A stretch of 64,000 bases of DNA from assembly GCA_030390025.1 (NCBI GenBank), contig CM059432.1, positions 133,488,001-133,552,000 on the forward strand, in the 5' to 3' direction. Shown here one piece after another: positions 26,175-37,579 of this stretch. Position 1 is the first letter of the stretch; every line of letters begins with the position of its first letter. A model generated the notes under the pieces. That model did not search any database and was not told where the DNA came from. It was given only the letters and a program-made list of their open reading frames with translations. Both the position numbers and the translations under genes were made by a program. The stretch comes from Squalus acanthias. Its lineage: Eukaryota.

Positions 26175-26645
26175 GGTGTCTGCTGTGGCTCAGTGGGGAG
26201 CACTCTTGCCTGAGCCGAGAAGGTTTGGGGTTCAAGCCCTACCCCAAGATTTGAGCACACATTTTAAGCTAACACTTCAGTGCAGTACTGAGGGAGCGCT
26301 GCACTGTTGGAGGTGCCATCTTTTGGATGAGACGTTAAACTGAGGCCCTGTCTGTTCTCTCAAGTGGACGTAAAAGATCCCATGGCACAATTTGAAGAAA
26401 AGCAGGGGTGTCTCCTGGTATCCTGACCAATATTTATCCCTCAACCAACACCTAAAAAACGGATTATCTGGTCATTTGTTTCTTTGTTGTTTGTGGGATC
26501 TTGCCATGCAAAGATTGCTGCTGGATTTCCCTACATTACAACAGCGACGACTCTTCAAAAGTGCATCATTGGCTGTAAAGTGCTTTGGGACATCCTGAGG
26601 CCATGAAAGGTGCTATATAAATGCAAGTTTGTTCTTTCTTTCTTC
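26175..26645 (+). mobile_element. Full-length DeuSINE (SacSINE1-like)
   Basis: A box TGGCTCAGTGG, B box GGTTCAAGCCC, tail AAAGGTGCTATATAAATGCAAG(TTCT)n. Confidence 0.9.
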
Positions 26646-27156
26646 TCAATTTAAAATAGTGAAAAACTAGTTGGCAGCTGCTGACTTTTTTTTTAATGTG
26701 TTTCAGGAACTCTCCTGAGTCATCGTTTCATTTTTTGTATTAAACTGTGAGGGTATTGGTGGAGCATCTAACTGTTTCATCTCTATGATAAAGAATCTTA
26801 CACATGGCCAAGTGGCTGTCCCATTCATGGTTCATAGGTAACTAAAAAAATATGCACACAACTTTTAAAAATAAACATCTATTAAATCAGTAATGTGCAA
26901 ATAAAATAATATTTACACTTTTTACTTCAATTAACAAAAGCAAACAGCTGTATATTTTTATTGTCTTCTATTACTATGCATTAGAAGAGTGTTTATTAAA
27001 ATAGCATAACTAGCGTATGGACACCTGTCTTCAGTTGAATGCTGTACCTTTTAAGAATGCAATAAAAATGTCAAAAATGCTACATCACATCATATTATCT
27101 GCTAAATAGCTAGTGTATGAATGCTCAGGTTTTATTCTAGATTGGTTATATTTGGT

Positions 27157-27603
27157 GCTGCCAGCTGTGGCTCAGTTGATAGCACCCTTGCCTCTGAGTC
27201 ATGAAGGTTGTGGGTTCAAATCCCACTCCAGAGACTTGAGCACAAAATTCTAGGCTAACGCTGCACTGTCGGAGGTGCCGTCTTTCAGATGAGACATCAA
27301 ACTGAAGCTCCATCTGCCCTCTCAAGTGGACATAAAAGATCTCATGGCACTATTTCAAAGAAGAGTAGGGGAGTTATGCCCAGTCTCCTGACCAATATTT
27401 ATCCCTTAATCAACATCACTAAAACAGATTATCTGGTCATTATCACATTGCTGTTTGTGGGAGCTTGCTGAGCGCAAATTGGCTGCCACATTTCCTACAT
27501 TACAACAGTGACTACACTTCAAAATAGTACTTCATTGGCTGTAAAGTGCTGTTGGGATGTCTGGTGTTCATGAAAGGTGTTATATAAATGAAAATCTTTC
27601 TTT
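27157..27603 (+). mobile_element. Full-length DeuSINE
   Basis: Same head, central domain and tail as the other copies. Confidence 0.9.
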
Positions 27604-27618
27604 TTGTCATTAACTCAC

Positions 27619-27793
27619 AGGGTAAATTTGTCTTTGGGCGATAGTGTAAAATGGGTACTATCGGATCAGCTGCTTGTTATACAGCTCTCCCCATTATCAC
27701 TTCTATTGACTTCAAAATGGGGAGAGCTGTATAGCGGGCGGCTGATCTGCTATTTCCCATTTTACACTCTCGCCCAAAGGCAAAATTCCTCCC
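27619..27793. mobile_element. Palindromic MITE (long hairpin)
   Basis: Arms TTTGGGCGATAGTGTAAAATGGG / CCCATTTTACACTCTCGCCCAAAG and TATACAGCTCTCCCCATT / AATGGGGAGAGCTGTATA. Confidence 0.85.
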
Positions 27794-27971
27794 TCTGTTC
27801 CCTATTTCAGCCAACAACCTTAGCATCCTTCTATCACATGCAGTTTAAATTGTGCACTGTATACTTTAAGGATAAACGTGAAAGCTTTCATGCAATTATA
27901 CTCTGTCAGCACTGTATTTAAAAGTTTCCTGAAAAGCAGAAAAATTCCAAGTCATAGTAAGTACTTAAAGT

Positions 27972-29488
27972 CATTGCTGATCATCTTCCAACATTCAATG
28001 GAATCTGGAACAGTACCCATGGATTGGAGGGTAGCTAATGTTACCCCACTATTCAAAAAGGGTGGTAGAGAGAAAACGGGGAATTACAGACCGGTAAGCC
28101 TGACATCGGCAGTGGGGAAAATGCTAGAATCCATTATAAAAGATGTAATAGCTGAGCACTTGGAAAACAGTGACAGGATCGGACAAAGTCAACATGGATT
28201 TACAAAAGGTAAATCATGCTTGACTAATCTACTGGAATTTTTTGAGGATGTAACTGGTAAAATAGATAAGGGAGAACCAGTGGATGTGGTGTATTTGGAC
28301 TTCCAAAAGGCTTTTGATAAGGTCCCGCATAAGAGATTAGCATGTAAAGTTAAGGCACATGGGATTGGGGGCAAGGTATTGACTTGGATAGAGAACTGGT
28401 TGGCAGACAGAAAGCAAAGAGTTGGAATAAACGGGTCTTTTTCCGAGTGGCAAGCAGTGACTAGTGGGGTACCGCAGGGATCGGTCCTTGGACCCCAGCT
28501 ATTCACAATATATATTAATGATCTAGACAAGGGAACTAGATGTAATATCTCCAAGTTTGCAGACGACACAAAACTGGGTGGGCGTGTGTGCTGCAAGGAG
28601 GATGCCGAGAAACTCCAGGATGATTTGGACAGGTTGGGTGATTGGGCAGAAGCGTGGCAGATGCAATATAACGTGGATAAAAGCGAGGTTATCCACTTTG
28701 GTGTCAAAAACAGAAAGGCAGATTATTATCTGAATGGCAATAGATTGGGAGAAGGGGAAGTGCAATGAGACCTGGGTGTCCTTGTGCACCAGTCGCTGAA
28801 GGTAAGCATGCAGGTGCAGCAGGCAGTTAAGAAGGCAAATGGTATGTTGGCCTTCATAGCGAGAGGGTTTGAGTACAGGAACAAGGATGTCTTGCTGCAG
28901 TTATACAGGGCCTTGGTGAGACCACACCTTCAGTACTGTGTGCAGTTTTGGTCGCCTTATCTGAGGAAGGATGTTCTTGCCATGGAAGGAGTTCAACGAG
29001 GATTCACAAGGCTGATACCTGGGATGGCAGGAATGACGTATGAAGAGAAATTGGGTCGATTGGGCTTATACTCGCTGGAGTTTAGAAGAATGAGAGGGGA
29101 TCTCATTGAAACTTATACAATTCTGACAGGACAGGACAGGACAAACTAGATGCAGGAAGGATGTTCCCGATGGTCGGGGTGTCCAGAACCAGGGGTTACA
29201 GTCTAAGGATAAGGGGTAAGCCATTTAAGACAGAAATTAGGAAGAATTTCTTCACCCAGAGAGTGGTGAACCTGTGGAATTCTCTGCCACAGAAGGCAGT
29301 AGAGACCAATTCATTAAATAGATTCAAGAAGGAGTTGGATATATTTCTTAAGGCTAAAGGGATCAAGGGATATGGGGAGAAAGCAGAGACAGGGTACTGA
29401 ATTTGGATGATCAGCCATGATCGCATTGAATGGCGGAGCAGGCTAGAGGGGCCGAATGGCCTACTCCTGCTCCTATCTTCTATGATTC
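27972..29488 (+). mobile_element. CR1 LINE (HER1-like), 5'-truncated, young
   Basis: Long open RT stretch ([27 protein letters not shown]); close paralog of 8741-10578; tail TTCTATGATTCTA. Confidence 0.95.
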
Positions 29489-29759
29489 TATACTCCATCT
29501 TAACTATCAAACCGAGCTTATATATAAATGCCAGGGCACTGACTGGTCCTTTAATACCGTACAGAGTTACATACTGTCGAAAGACAGTCAAATTGGGCAA
29601 CTTTGGCAGAAATTTATAATGATGGTGTCTGAACCTATTTAAATATGTATATGTATTTTGCATACATTCCATATATGTATATCTAAATATATTCTGCATA
29701 TATATTCTATGTGTGTGTACTAATGTTTCCTGCCTAATTGTAGGTATAATAGTAATTAT

Positions 29760-30950
29760 AGAGGAAGATTTTGTCTGGTTGCTGTGTGTTAATGATACAG
29801 TAACACACTGCTTCCTCTGGTTGGTAACTCCGGTGAAATCGTAAAGCCTGTTCTTTTGGAAAATTTGACACAATGTTGCCAGAAACAGTGAGCAGCCGAA
29901 ACCTTCCTCAGCCAGAGAAATGATTAGGACACTCACACAAAAAAAAATAGAAAGAAAGGCTCAGCAGTCGCCAGAGTACAACGTGCCCCCTTTTTGTTTT
30001 TTTTGCACCAACGCCGTTTTGTAATAAACCTCGTTTGCAGTCAAGATGAAGCATTGCAGCTGTGTGAGCTCCCATCCCATCTGGAAACAGCTGTCGAGCG
30101 TGCAACGCTGCTGTCTGCCCAGCAAAGTTAACCTCTGCTTAAAGTACCGCGGCCTGACCCCCCTCCCCTTTAAGAGGTGGCAACGCGCGTGCTCTAGGTT
30201 TGATGCATTAAGCGGTGATAAATTGTTGCCTCGTCTTTCCAAACAGTTGCTCCTAATGATAGCGCTGTGTAAATACAATGGGGAATTAACATGGATTGAA
30301 ATATGACAGATAACCGCACGCCGTGTCACACCGCCGTACAGATTACACTTGGTGCGGAAAGCATATGTGCTTTATAGCCACAATTAAATGGTTTTTTTTT
30401 CCTCCAAAAAAACTCCAGTGAGAACATTTGAGAAAATGACTTTTTAATCATCTATATAGCTGTGAAAACTGCCGCCTCATGATAGTTCCGAAAGTCTGCA
30501 CACTTAAAATTAATTGTAATCCATAGCTTTGGAAAATAAAAAGCTCCCAGTTCCCCGATCAGTATTTAATTCCAATGTATTTTTTTTCTCTATCACGCAG
30601 CTGTTTCCACCGCCTTAACCGTTCCACGCTGTGGCATCTTTCTCCTGAGCACCAGTTTGTCTCTTTTGTTTCATGTTACTGCCCATTTGTGAGTCGCGCC
30701 TCCGCCACTGTGGCAGTATTAGTGTGGATTGACTCCGCAACCAGAAAAGGCGGAAATCACTCTTGCCTCTGCCGAAACCTCTGAACGAAATCAAACGTGA
30801 TTAATTAAAACATAGGAATGTCATTCAGCAAGAACGGGCACACCAAAGGAAATAAAAAGACACACACACGCGCGCGTTTATAATTGGTCTGAGGGCAGTG
30901 ATGGCCCAGGTTTAAGACGCTTATTAAACTCTTCTCAACAATTGAGAAAA
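29760..30950. promoter_or_regulatory. Transposon-free, CpG-retaining block; probable conserved enhancer or alternative promoter
   Basis: No repeat homology within the window; many CpGs; GC-box-like CCCCTCCCC; several GTTGC(C/T) X-box-like half sites, E-boxes and TAATTA motifs. Confidence 0.5.
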
Positions 30951-31484
30951 GTATCTCCTTATTTGATGACTGATCATCTCACATGAGGCTCTTGCACCTC
31001 CTGAAAAAAGTATAGATCTGTGAGTAAAACACTTTCACTGTAAAATACTGAATATGCTTTTTGTCATTAACAACTTGCCTGTGTGAACACTTGACATTTG
31101 CCCATGAATTAGCAGTTGTAGCGGGGATCATGCGAATAAATCAATGCCGAGACCTACCTAAATCATACAGACACGTTGATGAAAGAATGTTAACTAGTTT
31201 GAACCATTACCTTCATGTAGTTGAAGCAAAATACATCAACTTTTTTTTTAATCTATATGAATGCAACCTGGGTGTTTACTGAACAGATTGTAGCAGACAC
31301 GACTGCCAATAATTCATTCAGTTGTGTTTCATGCCAATTCATTCTTTAAGTGTTTATTTAAAATGCACAAGCCGATGAAAGCTAAAGACAGTGAATATAA
31401 TTTGCAGCCAGTTATGTATTTGAGAATGAATTATATTAGATGTAAAACGCTAAAAAGATACGATCTTTTTAATGCTGCAAACAA

Positions 31485-32252
31485 GGGCCGCATATTTTGC
31501 GGTGGTAATGACGGCGAAACTGTCAGCGTTCGCCGTCATTACCCCTCGGAAACTGACAGCAACTTCGGGATTCAGCGCATGCGCATCTAAACGCGGAAAT
31601 CCTGAAGTTGCGGTCAGTCATTCAGTGCTCCACCACAGGTTGCACTGTAGAATTCCCCAGAGCCAGCAATCAATTGAAATCACATATAATGATGAAAACT
31701 TTCCCTATTACGCTGGAATATCACTGTTAACCACTGCACCCCACCCCACCCCCCCGAAAAGGTTAAGCCTTGTTGAAAGAGGTGTAGCTGGGTTTTAACG
31801 GCGTATTGACTGCTGAACAACCATTCTGGCCCTGAAAAACTAATTTTGTATTTGTGGAATGTTCAAATTTTTCCATTGATATGATTAAGAATTACATGGT
31901 TTTTAAAATAATAATTATTTTTTAAAAGCTTATTTATGATATTTCAGATTCTACCTTAATCCTATGTGCATGTCCCAATCTTTATTTTGCTCTCTGTAAA
32001 ATTTATGAAAAGTAAATTAGAATCTGTGCATTTTACTTCCTGGTTTGCTGTCTGTGAGAATTCTTCAATGTGATTGGCTGAGCAGCCAGCTTGATGATAT
32101 CACTGTTGCTGGACGTTGGAGATTCGCTTGATCTGGCGCCAGGTCGGGAGAGCTGGAACTCAGGCCACAGAGATCGGTCAATCTTTGTGGCAGCTTTCTT
32201 TGAGGTCAGCAGCGAGCGTCGTCGCTTCGCTGTTGACCGCAAATTCCGGGCC
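31485..32252. mobile_element. Harbinger-type MITE
   Basis: TIRs GGGCCGCATATTTTGCGG / CCGCAAATTCCGGGCC; architecture like 20515-21275. Confidence 0.75.
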
Positions 32253-32392
32253 GTTATCTTTCTACTCAAACGACAGGAATGTGTCCAGTTAAGTGTTGCT
32301 GCATTTTTTCTGTGTGGCTACAGATTTCAGGGCTGCAGTAGCATAGGCTCGGGGCATTATGCGTTGAGCATTTTTGTCATTATTTTTTTCAT

Positions 32393-32756
32393 TGATTCTC
32401 GGAATGTGGGCATCACTGGCAAGGCTGGCATTTATTGCCCATCCCTAGTTGCCCTGAGAAGGTGGTGGTGAGCCGCCTTCTTGAACTGCTACAAGGGGTT
32501 TGATACAATTAAGTGGCTTGCTAGGCTTCAGAGGGCAGTTAAGAGTCAACCGCGTTGGAGTGCGACTGGAGTCACATATATGCCAGACCGGGCATCAAGC
32601 CAGGTTTCCTTCTCTAAAGGACAGCAGTGAACCAGTTGGGTTTGAACAACAATCTGGCAGATTCACTGTCACTTTTGCTGATAACAGCTTTTTATTTCCA
32701 GGTTTTTAAAATTGAATTCAAATTCTTAAACTGCCATGGTGCAACTTGAACTCATA
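32393..32756 (-). mobile_element. tRNA-derived SINE (second family) with 3' tail shared with the 2085-4720 LINE; head split by the Harbinger
   Basis: 32393-32490 matches the LINE 3' end; B-box-like GAGTTCAAG at about 32745-32753; the head appears to resume at 39664. Confidence 0.7.
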
Positions 32757-33667
32757 GGCCGGAATTTTCCGGGAGTTCAGCAGGTGGGTCATGTGTGAAA
32801 TTTGACATTTTCCCCAGAGGGTCGGGAATCTGCTGTCAACTCGCTCCCATGCGCCTTTCCCGATGTCGGGTCTGTCAGCGCTGAGCAGACCTGCTAAGCA
32901 GCGGCAGGAGATCCAATTCAAGTAATTAGTGGCTTGTTTAGAATCACTTAAGAATGATTTTCAGCTTGCCTTTTGCATTTGACAGCTTGCCCACTGGGTC
33001 CACGCTGGTCGTGGACCACGTCTGTCAAGCTGAGGCGGGAGTTCAGTGGCCCTTGAATCAGCTGATGAGTTGACAACTTCAAATGTACAGTACACTTTAC
33101 AGAGGTATCTTCCCTCACCCACAAGCTCTTCTTCACTGCATTTCCACAACAGATTTAGCATGCTGCAAGTCTTTACGCGAGTCTCCATCCAGTCTTACCT
33201 CATTACCTCTGCCACCATTGACAGAATGCTTCTGTCATCGTTACTTCACCTGCCATCTATTCCAGCAACATCGGTGCTCTTTATACTCTCTCACCTTGGT
33301 CCTCAGAATCCCACCACGATCAGCCCCAACACCAGCAGCACCAGGTACACCAGCAGCACCAACAACAACACCAACCTTCTCCGCAATCAACTGGTGCTGC
33401 ACTGGTCAGAGGGCAACAGCACCTGACCACATTGCTGCCCAGGAGGCCTGGGATGGCCTCACCATGGTCAGATTTACTTCACCTAATGCTGTACACCCTG
33501 GCTGCCACATGATGCGCCAGGTTGGCACCACCCCACACCAACACCATAAAGCATCCCTAGAATGCCCAAGCCATTCCTTTCACACTCATCACCATTGCGG
33601 GGGGGGTATCATTATGTCTCACCATTCACTGCAACTCACTAAGCCACTTCCAAAGGTGCACACAAAT

Positions 33668-34506
33668 TGTAAGCCTTTCTCTTACTACTGTTCAGACTTT
33701 GAGAATTACGAATAAGCGTAACAATGACAGATAAGTATAAGATCAATAAAATTGGTCTTTATTCACACTACAGTTCAAAATTCAAGTGTACATTCTCTTG
33801 CAATCAATATGCTCCCAATTTACCCATACATAAAAGTACTCCCCAGCAACTTACACGCTGCCTCCGGGCGATTTATATCCCAAGTCAACCGTACATAAAA
33901 GTAACCTTTAACAATATCTAAGCTCTATGTCCGACTTTTATACATACTCCTTTATCTCTGGGTGATCGGTCCAGGAAAAGTCGTAAGTTGAAAAACATAG
34001 ACCGGCCAGCTTTCTTTGTTCGTCTGTTCTTCTTTCTTTGTTCTGAATTTCCCGCCCCTGGGTTATCTCTTTATAGGGCCTTTCTGCCGGCCCCACTCGT
34101 AGATCACCATCTGCCTACCTCTGATAGGTCAGTTTCACTCCAAACCTTCCCTGATTGGAGTTCCTTCCGCATGACACGTTTATGTTCCTGTGAGGTGTGT
34201 GTGGGGGCGGGACTTCCTTTTCACTCAGTGTCTCCTTCCTGTCCATGCGGTCTTACAAACAAAGGACCATGCTGACCACCAGGCAAAGGACCCCCTACTG
34301 ACTTCACCATTTTGCGTCTTCACAAACAAAGAACATTCCTAGTATTCCATAACCATTTCACAATTCGTTCTGAACTTCGATCTCCACATGGTAGCAGCGG
34401 TTTTATTACAGTTTTTAGAAATTTACAGTCCTCCCTCAAATGTCTCTCATGTTTATTCATGTGCAGACATTTCACCAGAGTTGGAGCAGTATGTATTCTG
34501 ACGACA
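33668..34506 (-). mobile_element. 3' LTR of an env-bearing LTR element/ERV
   Basis: Minus strand TGTCG...CTTACA; polypurine tract AGGGGATAAAAGGGGACTA immediately upstream (34507-34525); CCAAT (about 34155), TATAAA (about 34072), AATAAA (33758-33763). Confidence 0.88.
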
Positions 34507-34558
34507 TAGTCCCCTTTTATCCCCTATAATACAATATCTATACCCCCATTTCACATTA

Positions 34559-35547
34559 TTAAAACTGATCCCGTAACAGTTCCCTCGTACGCTTAAATTG
34601 TCTTCTCTTGTTCTTTCTTTGTTTACGTCTTGCCCGCATTCCCCACTCCCACATAAGCACGATCACACACACTAGCTGTAACCATAGCAGAGCTTGTGAG
34701 CACAGTCTTACCCATGGAGCTAAGTCTATACGATTAAATCCCAAATCCCACCAGGAAGTTGCTCGTTCATTAACGAGGTTATTATTCTGGCATTAACATC
34801 ATTGCTCCCTTTCAATACTGAGAATGTCCTTCCCACTTCTCCAATCCGTTTCACAAACTCAGTGAGATTTTCATTTATCCAAGGTAACCCATATCCAAAA
34901 ATGGACATGTATTTCTCCAAATCATCTACCCCGGTTGATGCCTGAACATGCATTAGATTCTGATCCATTAAAGGCAGAATAGTCCTGTTCCCAATTTTTA
35001 CCATCCTTTTAGGTTTAATACACATAGTACCGTTAGATACCCGACATATTGTAGCATTCTTTTGCCCATATTTATACTTTGTTTCTGTGGTGGTCCAACA
35101 ATAGACACCCTGTTCCTTATAAACAACGGTGGTATATTGTTTCGACCTTACGGCAGTGACCTGACACTGATACTAGGACAATCTTGTCAAGTTAAATCTG
35201 CATAACGGCTCTTCATCATCCAAGACATTATACACATGCTGGTTCTTCCTTGGGTCTTACATAGATGTAATTTTAGCTCATAGAGAGATTGGTTATATTT
35301 AACAACAAATCCGGGCGATGATGTATATTTATATAAAACACTATCTTTCAGGAAACCCATATTGGCTACCTTATACACCCACAGTGGTGCCCAAGGTTTG
35401 GACATTACGGGCATTCTTAATATGATTCCTATCAAGCTATCATCGCTAGTCTGATTACATTCATGTGGCGCGACACGCACCACAGTAAGACTTCGCAACT
35501 GACACACTGTCAAATTTGACTGATACCTTTCCGCTGCCTTAAGGTGT
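34559..35547 (-). pseudogene. Envelope glycoprotein, C-terminal part (F-like ectodomain, TM, basic tail), frameshifted
   Basis: IGIILRMPV...YKVANMG...LHLCK; EPLCRFNLT; GVYCWTT; ICRVSNGTMCIKP; TM ALLWLQLVCVIVLMW; tail RARRKQRK; many N-x-S/T sites; ends just upstream of the PPT. Confidence 0.8.
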
Positions 35548-36622
35548 TGTAGGTGGTTTGCCTTGGTGGTTCGAATCACCTCTCCTACTTAGTTCTAGAC
35601 GACAGGAATTACGGTGAACAGGATTGGAACACAGACAAGCTTTTCGGACTCAACCGTATGGTGTTTAATAAGGTTAACACACACACCCGCCTCCAGTACA
35701 TAAAATGCCTGGTGGCGTAAAACAAACAGTAAAATACAACTTGGCCCATCGAACAGGCCCCTGTCTCGTATTAAGACGCCTAAAATCACACTGTGTTGCA
35801 ATACAGAGTATAACATGGACTTGTCCCACAAACCCCGGAACATACACTATATAATACACACAGAACCTCCCCACTAAGCCCCTCTGGATTTGTTGGGACA
35901 CACAACAACCCCTCACACAGTACCGGTGGTCTTAAGGATGCGTGGGCTTGGACAATGCTCATCCGATTGTCCGTTTTCTTGCTCGCTGCTTCCCTGTGTA
36001 GAGCGTGTGTCCTGGTTCCGTATCGCCGATGCAGTATCCAGGTCCCAGTTTCAAGGTTCGTTCCTACAGTCGAAAAGCAAGGCGAGGCTCTTTTCGCTCG
36101 TGGTGGTTTCTTCTCTCCGTCCCGGACGGAGTGCTCAGTTCTTGGTTCAGAGATGAGGGCACGCGAAGGCGAGAGCGCGAGAATGGCCAAAGTTGCCTTC
36201 TCTTATACCCTAAAAGTTCACTAAGGTCTGTGTATTGCAGTGATGTCTTTTTAATCACCCTTCTTTGTCTGGTTTCCCACCTTTCGGGGCTATCCCATCT
36301 AGGTGCTAGTGTTAATGGCAGATGATGGGCTGCACTTCTTACCCAATCCTGGGTTAAGTGGTTTCCCATTAATTCACAATGGCCCTCCATCTTCTGCCCG
36401 TTACCGTATGAGTCACCTACCAGGGCCCATTGTTTCCCAGAGAACTCTGTCTGCTCAGACATTCTCCCGTAATCAGCTTGTAGGCCTGGCTGGAATCTCC
36501 TGTCCATCACGAACACCCAGGCCCCTCCCATCTTCTCCAAACAGGCTGCTGGTCAATCAGCAGTAACAATCATACAAAAAGTCCGATAAAAAAAATCCTT
36601 GGGGCCTGCGCTGATGCTTACA
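35548..36622 (-). mobile_element. Solo LTR (second family) inside env
   Basis: TGTA...TACA termini; minus-strand TATAAG (about 36205) and ATTAAA (about 35665); flanked by a 395-bp direct duplication. Confidence 0.7.
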
Positions 36623-37200
36623 GCAGTGACCTGACACTAATGCTTAGACATTCTTGTCAAGTTAAATCTGCATAACGGCTCTTCATCATCCAAGACATTA
36701 TACACATGGTGGTTCTTCGTTGGGTCTTACATAGATGTAATTTTAGCTCATAGAGAGATTGATTATATTTAACAACAAATCCGGGCGATGATGTATATTT
36801 ATATAAAACACTATCTTTCAGGAAACCCATATTGGCTACTTTATACACCCACAGTGGTGCCCAAGGTTTGGACATTACGGGCATTCTTAATATGATTCCG
36901 ATCAAGCTATCATCGCTAGTCTGATTACATTCATGTGGCGCGACACACACCACAGTAAGACTTCGCAACTGACACACTGTCAAATTTGACTGATACCTTT
37001 CCGCTGCCTTAAGGTGTTTATCTTCCATCCAAATTGGAACCCTTCCCTCAGCTATTCTATTCAAATTCCTCCCTATGTCCTGTAGAATCCAAGAACTCAT
37101 CATGCATTATCTTTTTGTGCTGCCTGATCAGAGGCGTTTCTATCCTCCCTTGTCAAATTGTTTTTGGCTTGTGCCTGATTTTCCAACAAATCTGTCCAAG
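36623..37200 (-). pseudogene. Envelope glycoprotein, upstream part (heptad region and duplicated segment); 5' remainder of the element deleted
   Basis: TDLLENQAQAKNNLTRE...SWILQDIGRNLNRIAEGRVPIWM, then the segment duplicated at 35153-35547. Confidence 0.78.
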
Positions 37201-37579
37201 AACGCAAAGTGTTAACAATAAAAGTTTCAATGTTTGACACCAAATTAACAGAAACTTTACATGAATATTGCATAAAACAGCCAAGTGCCTACCCTTGTGT
37301 GTTGTTAGTTGGTATGATTGCACTAGGATGAGGGTGAGTGTGAAGGGTGGCTAGTGAGATGGGGATGTGATAATATAGATAGAGAGGGATGAGTGGAGGT
37401 CTAAGGTAAGTTGGTGTGAGTAAGGATGTGCAGGAGTAGGGTAGAGAAGACAGAGTGATGGGGATGTGATGAGAGGCACAGCAGGATGAGATTGAGTGCG
37501 GCTTTGTACTAAAGTTTCCTAATCTACTGAGATCATTGAAACGTTTGCGGCACCGCACCGAGGTCCTCCTGACCACATC

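Noticed and set aside
26175..26260. tRNA gene (also at the other SINE heads)
   Set aside because: The A and B boxes run into SINE bodies, with no standalone cloverleaf or terminator.
29196..29936. 246-aa minus-strand ORF
   Set aside because: It is a chimera of antisense CR1 and low-complexity AT-rich DNA; the other antisense ORFs over LINEs were dismissed likewise.
30705..30735. TGGCAGT seed resembling miR-34/449
   Set aside because: The rest of the mature sequence does not match and no convincing precursor hairpin is evident.
35786..36540. 134-aa and 158-aa ORFs inside the second LTR as accessory genes
   Set aside because: They have no recognisable motifs and overlap the TATA region of an LTR-like element; chance ORFs are more likely.
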